From Macrostomum lignano (lineage: Eukaryota): 64,000 nt of DNA. The position numbers were made by a program, and so were the translations under genes. The DNA lies in NCBI GenBank assembly GCA_002269645.1, contig NIVC01001575.1, positions 100,691-164,690 on the forward strand, read 5' to 3'. The notes beneath the pieces are model-generated. The model had not been told where the DNA came from, ran no database searches, and saw only the letters and a list, made by a program, of their open reading frames with translations. Shown here one piece after another: positions 23,512 through 36,102 of this stretch. Within the stretch, counting starts at the first letter, position 1. Every line of letters starts with the position of its first letter.

Positions 23512-25775
23512 GGCGTGTGAGCACTCTGACTCATTTCTGGTGTGTGAGCGCCCTGACTTATTTCTGGCGTGTGAGCACCCTGACTCATTTCTGGTGTGTG
23601 AGCGCCCTGACTCATTTCTGGTGTGTGAGCACCCTGACTCATTTCTGGTGTGTGAACACCCTGACTCATTTCTGGTGTGTGAGCACCCTGACTCATTTCT
23701 GGTGTGTGAGCGCCCTGACTTATTTCTGGCGTGTGAGCACCCTGACTCATTTCTGGTGTGTGAGCGCCCTGACTCATTTCTGGTGTGTGAGCACCCTGAC
23801 TCATTTCTGGTGTGTGAGCACCCTGACTCATTTCTGTTGTGTGAGCGCCCTGACTCATTTCTGGTGTGTGAGCACCCTGACTCATTTCTGGTGTGTGAGC
23901 ACCCTGACTCATTTCTGGTGTGTGAGCACCCTGACTCATTTCTGGCGTGTGAGCGCCCTGACTCATTTCTGGTGTGTCAGCACCCTGACTCATTTCTGGT
24001 TTGTGAGCACCCTGACTCATTTCTGGTGTGTGAGCACCCTGACTCATTTCTGGTGTGTGAACACCCTGACTCATTTCTGGTGTGTGAGCACCCTGACTCA
24101 TTTCTGGTGTGTGAGCACCCTGACTCATTTCTGGTGTGTGAACACCCGGACTCATTTCTGGTGTGTGAGCACCCTGACTCATTTCTGTTGTGTGAGCACC
24201 CTGACTCATTTCTGGTGTGTGAGCACCCTGACTCATTTCTGTTGTGTGAGCGCCCTGACTCATTTCTGGTGTGTGAGCACCCTGACTCATTTCTGTTGTG
24301 TGAGCGCCCTGACTCATTTCTGGTGTGTGAGCACCCTGACTCATTTCTGGTGTGTGAGCACCCTGACTCATTTCTGGTGTGTGAACACCCTGACTCATTT
24401 CTGGTGTGTGAACACCCTGACTCATTTCTGGTGTGTGAGCACCCTGACTCATTTCTGGTGTGTGAACACCCGGACTCATTTCTGGTGTGTGAGCACCCTG
24501 ACTCATTTCTGGTGTGTGAACACCCTGACTCATTTCTGGTGTGTGAGCACCCTGACTCATTTCTGGTGTGTGAACACCCGGACTCATTTCTGGTGTGTGA
24601 GCACCCTGACTCATTTCTGTTGTGTGAGCACCCTGACTCATTTCTGGTGTGTGAGCACCCTGACTCATTTCTGGTGTGTGAACACCCTGACTCATTTCTG
24701 GTGTGTGAGCACCCTGACTCATTTCTGGTGTGTGAGCACCCTGACTCATTTCTGGTGTGTGAACACCCGGACTCATTTCTGGTGTGTGAGCACCCTGACT
24801 CATTTCTGTTGTGTGAGCACCCTGACTCATTTCTGGTGTGTGAGCGCACTGACTCATTTCTGTTGTGTGAGCGCCCTGACTCATTTCTGGTGTGTGAGCA
24901 CCCTGACTCATTTCTGGTGTGTGAGCGCCCTGACTCATTTCTGGTGTGTGAGCACCCTGACTCATTTCTGGTGTGTGAGCACCCTGACTCATTTCTGGTG
25001 TGTGAACACCCTGACTCATTTCTGGTGTGTGAGCACCCTGACTCATTTCTGGTGTGTGAGCACCCGGACTCATTTCTGGTGTGTGAGCACCCTGACTCAT
25101 TTCTGTTGTGTGAGCGCCCTGACTCATTTCTGGTGTGTGAGCACCCTGACTCATTTCTGGTGTGTGAGCACCCTGACTCATTTCTGGTGTGTGAGCACCC
25201 TGACTCATTTCTGGTGTGTGAGCACCCTGACTCATTTCTGGTGTGTGAGCGCCCTGACTCATTTCTGGTGTGTGAGCACCCTGACTCATTTCTGGTATGT
25301 GAACACCCTGACTCATTTCTGGTGTGTGAACACCCTGACTCATTTCTGGTGTGTGAGCACCCTGACTCATTTCTGGTGTGTGAACACCCTGACTCATTTC
25401 TGGTGTGTGAGCACCCTGACTCATTTCTGGTGTGTGAACACCCGGACTCATTTCTGGTGTGTGAGCACCCTGACTCATTTCTGTTGTGTGAGCACCCTGA
25501 CTCATTTCTGGTGTGTGAGCACCCTGACTCATTTCTGGTATGTGAACACCCTGACTCATTTCTGGTGTGTGAACACCCTGACTCATTTCTGGTGTGTGAG
25601 CACCCTGACTCATTTCTGTTGTGTGAGCACCCTGACTCATTTCTGGTGTGTGAGCACCCTGACTCATTTCTGGTGTGTGAACACCCTGACTCATTTCTGG
25701 TGTGTGAACACCCTGACTCATTTCTGGTGTGTGAGCACCCTGACTCATTTCTGGTGTGTGAGCACCCTGACTCAT
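23512..25775. repeat. 27-bp minisatellite (TGTGTGAGCACCCTGACTCATTTCTGG), about 84 copies, in the GPCR intron
   Basis: Tandem array starting about 20 nt from the splice acceptor. Confidence 0.97.
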
Positions 25776-25935
25776 GTATACTTCACTGTGCCTTGGGGGT
25801 TGGCCCTCAAGGCCGTTAATTGCACGAGCAGAGCCAATCCGAGATTCCAATTTAGCCTCAAATTAATGTGGCTGCACAATTGGAATCGAGCCTGGGCCGC
25901 TGGCACATCAGAGCGCCGCACTAAACTACTGGGCC
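25773..25935 (-). mobile_element. 5' half of the same tRNA-derived SINE family
   Basis: Reverse complement aligns with 19056-19225 (GCCAGCG.CCCAGGCTCGATTCCAA..TTGGAATCTCGG..GCAATTAACGGCCTTGAG..CAGTGAAGT.TACATG). Confidence 0.88.
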
Positions 25936-26854
25936 TTCCTGACTCAGGACTCCTGTCACCAATTGCACTGTTTCAATATGGTTGATAAACATATTTTTGG
26001 CATTGCAGAATTTGCACTCTGCGCACTCTAGCCTAGCAGCCGGACTTGCTGTAATACGCAAAAACAGTTTAAAATGTACATCCATGCAGCTGGTACGCCT
26101 TGCTCGCATTTTGAGCAGGCGCCATCCAGGCGCAATATGAGAAATTGCCATATGGTATATTATCATATTAGCTATTCACATGGGACAACCCAGAGCTGTC
26201 AATTCAATTTGTTCCCCAACAATTTCTTCAGCAGCTGCCTGCATGGCTGGACCTGTGGACTCAACACCTCAACCGGCATCTCTGAGGCCAGCCAGCACGT
26301 GCGTTGTTGATGATTGTAGGGAAATTTCTCCCTGACGACTAATAGTAAAGTCCCTTTCGCTCCGTCATCTGGGAGGGAGAGAAGGCTTATTTGCATATTG
26401 TAGCAAATTGCTGTGAAAACCGCTTTGGAGCTTCAAGGACTACTAAACAAAACTATGCATCTGGACTGGCCGGTTTCATGTCGAATCCTCACCTTCGGTT
26501 GTTATTGCTGGTATTGATTAGAAATAAAATCGCATTTCTCATTTTAACATTTTTTGACTCGCCAATTAAAACAAGTTTGTGGCAATTCCAATCCAAATGC
26601 TACGTTTTAGAAGTCCCTGCCCTCTCCCTAAAAGGCCTCGAACTGCAGCAAAAGTCGGTGAAGCGTCGAAATTAAGCTTTTCGTTTAATCTGGGACAGTT
26701 TAATATGCAGACCGAAGAGAGTGAGAGCAGTGTCTGATTGAGAGCAAGTGCTGGCATTCTGTGACCGTTAGAGTGCATATTTCAGGTCCCACCTCTCGTT
26801 TGCCATTTATTTACTTCTACACTTTATCCTGCAATGTAATTTTATCCTATTCAA

Positions 26855-28250
26855 TCTAATTCTATCCAACTCTATCCAACTCTATCCAACTCTATCCAAC
26901 TCTATCCAACTCTATCCAACTCTATCCAACTCTATCCAACTCTATCCAACTCTATCCAATTCTATCCAACTCTATCCAATTCTATCCAATTCTATCCAAT
27001 TCTATCCAATTCTATCCAATTCTATCCAATTTTATCCAATTCTATCCAATTCTACCCAACCATATCCAACTCTATCCAACTCTATCCAATTCTATCCAAT
27101 TTTATCCAATTCTATCCAATTCTACCCAACCATATCCAACTCTATCCAATTCTATCCAATTCTATCCAATTTTATCCAATTCTATCCAATTCTACCCAAC
27201 CATATCCAACTCTATCCAACTCTATCCAACTCTATCCAATTTTATCCAACCATATCCAATTCTATCCAATTCTACCCAACCATATCCAACTCTATCCAAC
27301 TCTATCCAACTCTATCCAACTCTATCCAATTTTATCCAACCATATCCAATTCTATCCAATACTACCCAATTCTATCTAACTCTATCGGATTCAATCCAAC
27401 TCTATCCTATTCTATCCAATTCTATCAAATTCTATCCAATTCTATCCAATTCTATCCAATTCTATCCAATTCTATCCAATTCTATCCAATTCTATCTAAT
27501 TTTATCCAATTCTATCCAATTCTACCCAACCATATCCAATTCTATCCAATTCTATCTAATTTTATCCAATTCTATCCAATTCTACCCAACCATATCCAAC
27601 TCTATCCAATTCTATCCAATTCTATCCAATTTTACCCAACCATATCCAACCATATCCAACTCTATCCAACTCTATCCAATTCTATCCAACTCTATCCAAC
27701 TCTATCCAACTCTATCCAACTCTATTCAACTCTATCCAACTCTATCCAACTCTATCCAACTCTATCCAACTCTATCCAACTCTATCCAATTCTATCCAAC
27801 TCTATCCAACTCTATCCAACTCTATCCAACTCTATCCAATTCTATCCAACTCTATCCAACTCTATCCAATTCTATCCAATTCTATCCAACTCTATCCAAC
27901 TCTATCCAACTCTATCCAACTCTATCTAATTCTATCCAACTGTATCCAACTCTATCCAACTCTATCCAACTCTATCCAATTCTATCCAATTCTATCCAAC
28001 TCTATCCAACTCTATCCAACTCTATCCAATTCTATCCAACTCTATCCAACTCTATCCAACTCTATCCAACTCTATCCAACTCTATCCAACTCTATCCAAC
28101 TCTATCCAATTCTATCCAACTCTATCCAACTCTATCCAACTCTATCCAACTCTATCCAATTCTATCCAACTCTATCCAACTCTATCCAACTCTATCCAAT
28201 TCTATCCAACTCTATCCAACTCTATCCAACTCTATCCAACTCTATCCACT
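26855..28250. repeat. 10-bp minisatellite (TCTATCCAAC/T)
   Basis: About 140 tandem units in the GPCR intron. Confidence 0.97.
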
Positions 28251-29037
28251 TATACCCACCCCATGCCAGCTCACTCGCAGTCAGTGTGCACAATAAACAA
28301 TTTTATCCAACCCCGGCCATAAAAACTGCCCGCAGACGCGCACAGCAGGTGCAGCCTCTGCCCGCCATCTGTCTTATCTGTTTGGCCACTCGAAAAATTC
28401 CAAAACGCAGTTTCCTTCCTGCCTGTCTGCGTCGCCATCTTCTCATTTACTATATAAAATCAGCTGGCATCGGCTTGTTTGAAAGAATCTCGTGTTGCAC
28501 TTTAGATATGTTATATAAGTTTGTTGCTGTGCTCACACAATGCTCAGCCAGGGCTACTTCCTGGTTCCACAGATTTTATAGAACAGTCCACACAGTTCAC
28601 GGTTGGGTGCACTTGCATATCCAACTCTGCAACTCTGCAAGCTTTGAGGCTGTGTCAGCTTTGAAAATAACCCTTCCTCTAAATTTTGGGATTTGATGTG
28701 GATATGATACAAGCGGAAGAAGAGGCGCATTCCCAGCTTCATCCCCAGCTTCATCCCAGTTATTGTTTGCGTCCAGCATCCTGCATATTTAAAAGTAATT
28801 TGAAACACTGGAGCTTAGCGTAGATAAAAAAGAATCCATTTCTTGTTTCTAATCCTGCAAAAGCTGAGGGCTAAGCAAGAGACAAACGCGACTTGATGTA
28901 ATTTATTAGAAGACTGAAAGAAACTTCAAGTTGAAAATGTGGGACTAAAAATTTGTATTTTTTCCATTAGCTGATTGCAAATTGGTTGCATGCAGGTAAG
29001 AATATAAGTGCTGTCGTGTCAGTAAGCTGGGGTAAGC

Positions 29038-30590
29038 GCCAATCTAAACTAGATAAGCAGCCAATCTAAACTAGATGAGCAGCCAATCTAAACTAGATAA
29101 GCAGCCAATCTAAACTAGATTAGCAACCAATCTAAACTAGATGAGCAGCCAATCTAAACTAGATTAGCAACCAATCTAAACTAGATGAGCAACCAATCTA
29201 AACTAGATTAGCAGCCAATCTAAACTAGATGAGCAGCCAATCTAAACTAGATGAGCAGCCAATCTAAACTAGATGAGCAGCCAATCTAAACTAGATGAGC
29301 AACCAATCTAAACTAGATGAGCAGCCAATCTAAACTAGATGAGCAGCCAATCTAAACTAGATGAGCAGCCAATCTAAACTAGATGAGCAGCCAATCTAAA
29401 CTAGATGAGCAGCCAATCTAAACTAGATGAGCAGCCAATCTAAACTAGATGAGCAGCCAATCTAAACTAGATAAGCAGCCAATCTAAACTAGATGAGCAG
29501 CCAATGTAAACTAGATGAGCAGCCAATCTAAACTAGATGAGCAGCCAATCTAAACTAGATGTAAACTAGATAAGCAGCCAATCTAAACTAGATGAGCAGC
29601 CAATGTAAACTAGATGAGCAGCCAATCTAAACTAGATGAGCAGCCAATCTAAACTAGATGAGCAGCCAATCTAAACTAGATTAGCAACCAATCTAAACTA
29701 GATGAGTAACCAATGTAAACTAGACTAGCAATCAATCTAAACTAGACTAGCAATCAATGTAAACTAGATGAGCAGCCAATTTAAACTAGATGAGCAGCCA
29801 ATCTAAACTAGATGAGCAGCCAATCTAAACTAGATAAGCAGCCAATCTAAACTAGATGAGCAGCCAATCTAAACTAGATGAGCAACCAATCTAAACTAGA
29901 TGAGCAGCCAATGTAAACTAGATGAGCAGCCACTCTAAACTAGATGAGCAGCCAATCTAAACTAGATAAGCAGCCAATCTAAACTAGATGAGCAGCCAAT
30001 CTAAACTAGATGAGCAGCCAATCTAAACTAGATTAGCAACCAATCTAAACTAGATGAGTAACCAATGTAAACTAGACTAGCAATCAATCTAAACTAGACT
30101 AGCAATCAATCTAAACTAGATGAGCAGCCAATCTAAACTAGATGAGCAGCCAATCTAAACTAGATGAGCAGCCAATGTAAACTAGATGAGCAGCCAATCT
30201 AAACTAGATGAGCAGCCAATGTAAACTAGATGAGCAGCCAATGTAAACTAGATGAGCAGCCAATTTAAACTAGATGAGCAGCCAATCTAAACTAGATGAG
30301 CAGCCAATCTAAACTAGATAAGCAGCCAATCTAAACTAGATGAGCAGCCAATCTAAACTAGATGAGCAGCCAATCTAAACTAGATGAGCAGCCAATCTAA
30401 ACTAGATGAGCAGCCAATGTAAACTAGATGAGCAACCAATCTAAACTAGATGAGCAGCCAATCTAAACTAGATGAGCAACCAATCTAAACTAGATTAGCA
30501 GCCAATCTTAACTAGATGAGCAGCCAATCTAAACTAGATAAGCAGCCAATGTAAACTAGATGAGCAGCCAATGTAAACTAGACTAGCAAC
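29038..30590. repeat. 22-bp minisatellite (CCAATCTAAACTAGATGAGCAG)
   Basis: About 70 units ending roughly 30 nt from the GPCR exon-1 donor. Confidence 0.97.
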
Positions 30591-30620
30591 AACTCTTATC
30601 CCTTAAAAACCTGTCCTCAC

Positions 30621-31574
30621 CATCAGTGGAGTCCAGCACAGGCCGAAGGACGCCGTGATGGCAATCAGCAGCACCACCAGCTGCACCTCCATGTATCGCA
30701 TGTGCTTCGGCTGTCGACTGGCTCCCGGTGCCGCCGCCGCCACTGCCGACCCCGTCCCGGCTGGCTTGACGCCTCCGACGGCGGCTGCTGTCGATCGTTC
30801 GACATTCGCCGACGCGTCAGTGGCAGCCTGACTGAGCGACTTCCTGGTTCGGCGCACCGTCAGAAGGCAACGGATGACCCACAGGTTGCAGGCGACAATC
30901 ATGGCGACAGCCAGGAGGTCCCACAGTGCCAGCACAGCGGCGAACACCCGGTGTCGAAGGCTGGCGGCCTCTCCGCGCGAGTCCAAGAAGCACCAGGTGC
31001 CGGGGTACTGCAGCCGGTAGACTCCGATCAGGCCCGTCAGCGGCAGCGAGGCCACGACGAGAACCGCCGCCAGACCGCCCAGCATCCCTAGAGCTGTCCG
31101 TCTCTGCTTGTGCTGCATCACCGAGTAGCTCTGCCACCTGGTCAGGCACAGCAGGCGCTCAGCCGACATGCACAGCACCAGCAGCGGCTCCCCCAGCCAG
31201 ACTGCCGTCATCACCACAGCGTGCGCCTGGCAGGCCGTCCGACCGCCAATCCAAGCCAGACGAAGTCGTTTCGACGTCTCGTTGAAGACGCCCATGCCGT
31301 ACACCAGCAGAGGCGCGCTGCTGGCCAACAGCTGGGCCAGCAAGTCGTTGAGTATGAGTCCGGTGAGCAGGGTGTAGAACAGGGTTCGACTCTTGCTCGG
31401 CCTGCGCTTCTGCAGGACGGCAAGGGCGGCCAGGTTACCCGTGACGCCAATCAGGAAGAGGGTCAGCGTGGGCGTCATGTTCACCCCGGTCTCGCTGGGA
31501 ATCTCACAGGACGAAGCGGCTGGGTCGCTGGCGTTCATGCGGCCGCAGCAGCTCGATGAGGTCGTCGTGTTCAT
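30621..31574 (-). CDS. Prostanoid receptor-like GPCR (closest recalled: EP4/PTGER4), exon 1 (TM1-TM6)
   Basis: LFLIGVTGNLAALAVL, FYTLLTGLILNDL, MSAERLLCL, YPGTWCFL, CWTPLM|gtgagg; the intron at the end of TM6 is the known prostanoid-receptor position. Confidence 0.9.
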
Positions 31575-31735
31575 CCTGTGTGAGCTGCACTGCAGAACAC
31601 TGCTGAATGCTCCTGCGAAACAAATGGTTGATATATATGCGTTTTAATATGTTTGTTGAGTGCTTTACGAGTATCTATATTGGGGAGCGCGTGAACGAGT
31701 TTTCACCTGTGGAGCTTGTAGTGGGAGGGGGGGGG

Positions 31736-31940
31736 TCTGATTTGCCAGCGGCCCAGTCTCGATTCCAAGTGCAGTCACATTAGTTTTTTGGGGGGGGGGC
31801 TAAATTTGAATCTCGGCTTAGTTCTGCCTTGCCCAAGGCACAGTGAAGTGTACATGCATTGTGCGACACAGCCCCTGACTCTAATGGCTCTATCAAGTCC
31901 CGCTGTGCGCCCTTCGTACATATCTGCGGTCTGCGTGTTC
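31736..31940 (+). mobile_element. Third, degenerate copy of the tRNA-derived SINE, between the GPCR and GTPase starts
   Basis: GCCAGCGGCCCAGTCTCGATTCCAAGTGCAGTCAC..GAATCTCGGCTT..CCCAAGGCACAGTGAAGTGTACATGC matches 19090-19226. Confidence 0.8.
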
Positions 31941-32194
31941 AATGCTAAATTTTCATTCTGTTTCTCTGGCCTAGAATAGCAAGGCAAGCGAATTCGTCAA
32001 ATAGTCTATGGCCAATACTATCGCCTCGAGTTTTCGTTCAATTCAGACAACACTATTGAATATCTGTGTAACTCTCTGGTTTCCGTTAGAGAGTTGCTTG
32101 ATTTTGTTAATTAAATAAGTCCACTAATTCCATGTGATTACAGGGGAGAGTTGCGCACTTCTTAGACTCCAGAACTCTGTTTAGCTTATCAACC

Positions 32195-33061
32195 ATGGAC
32201 AGTCCGGAACGCCTCGACCTCAGCCTGCACTCCTTCGCGGATCTGGACCATCGCGTCTGGCACTTCAACATCGCTTTCATCGGGAGCAGTCGAGCTGGCA
32301 AAACCAAACTGCTGCAGAGATTCGTTGACAGCCAGTACAGCGACATCTACAGCCGCACCAGCGAAATCTCCTTTGTGTCCAAGTCTGTCAGTCTGGGCCA
32401 GAACCATGTGGTCTTCCAGTGCTGGGACACGCCGGGCTCCGCCCCCAGTGCCAGCTGCCTGGACAGCCGCCTCGCTCAGCTCCACGCCGTGTTCATCGTA
32501 TTCGACGGGTCACGTGACGCCATCGCCGACCTGGAGCACTGGCACCATCTGGCTTTGAAGTCGCCGTCTAGCAGTTCAGCTTCGACACCGCCTCTGCTGG
32601 TTCTTGTGGCGAATAAAACCGATTTAGGCTGCCATCAGGCCACCATGACTCGAGCTCGGGACCTCTGCCGAGCGGCCAACGGTGTCATGTTCAGCTTGAG
32701 CGTCTTAGCCGACGAGGAGAACCTCGAAGTTGACGCGATGATGCTAGAAGTCGGCAAGGTGCTCACCGAACGCTGCGTCAAGTCGGCACCTCCGGCGCCC
32801 GCGGCGGCTCCAAGTCCGCAGCCGGTGCAGCAGACGAGCGCGCTGACCTCGTCCGGCACTCCGCAGTCGAATTCGCCGCATTCTAAGAAATCGTCGGCCT
32901 CGTCGACGCAGCAACAGCAGAACTTCGTTGACAAAGCTCAGGGCGACGGCGTGGACAAGCCCGCAGAAGCCGGCGATGCCAGCAGCAAGACCGTCAAGGA
33001 CCACGGCGAAGAGAAAACCGACTGGTGGTCGCGTCTGTGCTGCTGCCGACTGTGCTGGTGA
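32195..33061 (+). CDS. Divergent Rab-like small GTPase, intronless, 288 aa
   Basis: G1 GSSRAGKT, G3 WDTPG, G4 NKTD, followed by a low-complexity tail ending WWSRLCCCRLCW; GC-rich codon usage like neighbouring genes. Confidence 0.85.
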   Translation: MDSPERLDLSLHSFADLDHRVWHFNIAFIGSSRAGKTKLLQRFVDSQYSDIYSRTSEISFVSKSVSLGQNHVVFQCWDTPGSAPSASCLDSRLAQLHAVFIVFDGSRDAIADLEHWHHLALKSPSSSSASTPPLLVLVANKTDLGCHQATMTRARDLCRAANGVMFSLSVLADEENLEVDAMMLEVGKVLTERCVKSAPPAPAAAPSPQPVQQTSALTSSGTPQSNSPHSKKSSASSTQQQQNFVDKAQGDGVDKPAEAGDASSKTVKDHGEEKTDWWSRLCCCRLCW

Positions 33062-34129
33062 CGTCATCTTAGCATTGGGATCGCGTAATTGTCCTGCGCG
33101 CTTTCCCAACCCATTTTTACAATGGATGACGTCAGCAATGACTAGATTGCGTAATCCTAACTGCTTGATTACGTAATCCTCCCATAACTCCGATCAGTGA
33201 CGTCACTACCGCAGTTTATCTATACATATATGCACATACAAGTGACATCATTCGCTGCGTGCGTGCCGTGTGACAAACCAATATTTATAACTTGCCAAGA
33301 CGAAGTACTTTTGTAAAAGTGCAAATGTGTTTTGTTAATGATAAAAACAATTCCTTACCTAAGAAAATTACTTTTTTACCCCCCCCCTTTCCCGAAGCCC
33401 CTTAAGCTATAAAAACTAGAACGATAAATAATGCTAACTAATAAATAATATCTTACCACCAGTTATACAATAATAGAAGAGAATTCTTCCGCTAAAATCC
33501 CATTTCTGCACAAACGTATTAAGTTTTAAATAGTCTCGTTTTATATATTTTTTCTCTACCCTGGAAATGTTGTTTGGCATTATTATTACATTATTTATTG
33601 TTTGAAAGAGGTCGCCTGAAAAATGCTTATATATTTTGACTGGCTTGGATTTTTTGAAACATCAAAATAAAAATAGGATTCAAAGGCTAAAACCCAGCCA
33701 TATTGATGAGATGTTGATGAGAAGTCTTGTTTACTAACCGAGGAACTATGGAACAAATATAAATTGAATTTAGTTTAATCCGACTGGAAAAAATGATATA
33801 CAAAATAAAGTCTACGAGGCGTATTTGTTTAATTTATTTTTCCAAAATATAAAGCAGCATGATCTAGCTAGCATATTACGAAATTTCCCATTTTTATGTT
33901 TTTGGGTTTTTTGTGATTGACAGATCAATTTATTTTTCAGGCTCTGCTTTTAGCTAAGCAAGGCCAAATCTACCATTGACCGGAGATTAATAGTCGGATC
34001 TAGTTAAATGAAACTAGACTAATAAAAGTAACTCCAGACTACACCTGGAAATTTAAAACTTTCAGTGCAGGTATTTAACTTGAGTGCCTCGAACACTCAA
34101 GATTTAATTTTTCTCTACAATCTCATCTC

Positions 34130-35172
34130 TCTGTGATCTCTCTGTGATCTGTCTATGATCTCAGTGTGATCTCTCTGTGATCTCAGTGTAATCTCTCTGT
34201 GATCTCTCTGTGATCTGTCTATGATCTCAGTGTGATCTCTCTGTGATCTCAGTGTAATCTCTCTGTGATCTCTCTGTGATCTGTCTATGATCTCAGTGTG
34301 ATCTCTCTGTGATCTCAGTGTAATCTCTCTGTGATCTCTCTGTGATCTCTCTGTGATCTCAGTGTAATCTCTCTGTGATCTCTCTGTGATCTCTCTGTGA
34401 TCTCTCAGTGATCTCTCAGTGATCTCTCTGTGATCTGTCTGCGATCTCTCTGTGATCTGTCTATGATCTCAGTGTGATCTCTCTGTGATCTCAGTGTAAT
34501 CTCTCTGTGATCTCTCTGTGATCTCTCTGTGATCTCAGTGTAATCTCTCTGTGATCTCTCTGTGATCTCTCTGTGATCTCTCAGTGATCTCTCAGTGATC
34601 TCTCTGTGATCTGTCTGCGATCTCTCTGTGATCTGTCTGTGATCTCAGTGTGATCTCTCTGTGATCTCTCTGTGATCTCTCTGTGATCTCTCAGTGATCT
34701 CTCTGTGATCTGTCTATGATCTCAGTGTGATCTCTCTGTGATCTCAGTGTAATCTCTCTGTGATCTCTCTGTGATCTCTCAGTGATCTCTCTGTGATCTC
34801 AGTGTGATCTCAGTGTGATCTCTCTGTGATCTCTCTGTGATCTCTCAGTGATCTCTCTGTGATCTCTCTGTGATCTCTCAGTGATCTCTCTGTGATCTCT
34901 CTGTGATCTCAGTGTGATCTCTCTGTGATCTCTCTGTGATCTCAGTGTGATCTCTCTGTGATCTCTCTGTGATCTCTCTGTGATCTCTGTGTGATCTCTC
35001 TGTGATCTCAGTGTGATCTCTCTGTGATCTCTCTGTGATCTCTCTGTGATCTCTCTGAGATCTGTCTGCGATCTCTCTGTGATCTGTCTGTGATCTCAGT
35101 GTGATCTCTCTGTGATCTCAGTGTGATCTCTCTGTGATCTCTGTGATCTCTCTGTGATCTATCTGCGATCTC
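34130..35172. repeat. 10-bp minisatellite (GATCTCTCTGT-type unit and variants)
   Basis: About 100 tandem units. Confidence 0.95.
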
Positions 35173-35675
35173 TCCCTAATCCCTTCCCCTTATCGTTCTG
35201 TCGTATTCTATTCTTACGATGTTCCTCCCATAAGCCTCTGCCACCTTATCTCTGCTTCCCAGCTACCCTTACCGACCAGTGTCCTATACTAACTTGTTAT
35301 TCTTTCATTTTTGCATCCTAGCTTGGAGCCTGGAAAACGTCGGCATATTTCTGCCTCAGCCAAAGATAAGCTCTGCCGCAGAAAATGTTAGAAAAGCAAC
35401 TGTGATCAACTTCGACAAAAGCAGACAGCACGTGTTTCCTAAAAACTCTGCTTGCCTAACAAAATAACACATCAATCCGTGTGTTTTTCTGGGCGGTACA
35501 AAATGCAGAACACCCACCCAGCCTGGGTGATGCATCATCTACTGCCTTTTGTGCAGTTGCTACCGACTCAACTTGTGTGAATTCTTGCTTTTGACGAATG
35601 ACTGTACTTTGTGGCCTTGGATAGATTGTTTGTCAGAAATGGCTGGCTGTTCTGCGGCTAGAGATAGAGATAGAG

Positions 35676-36102
<427 letters not shown>

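Noticed and set aside
23280-25985. 774-856-aa ORFs on both strands
   Set aside because: They are produced by a 27-bp (multiple of 3) tandem repeat inside the GPCR intron; no unique coding content.
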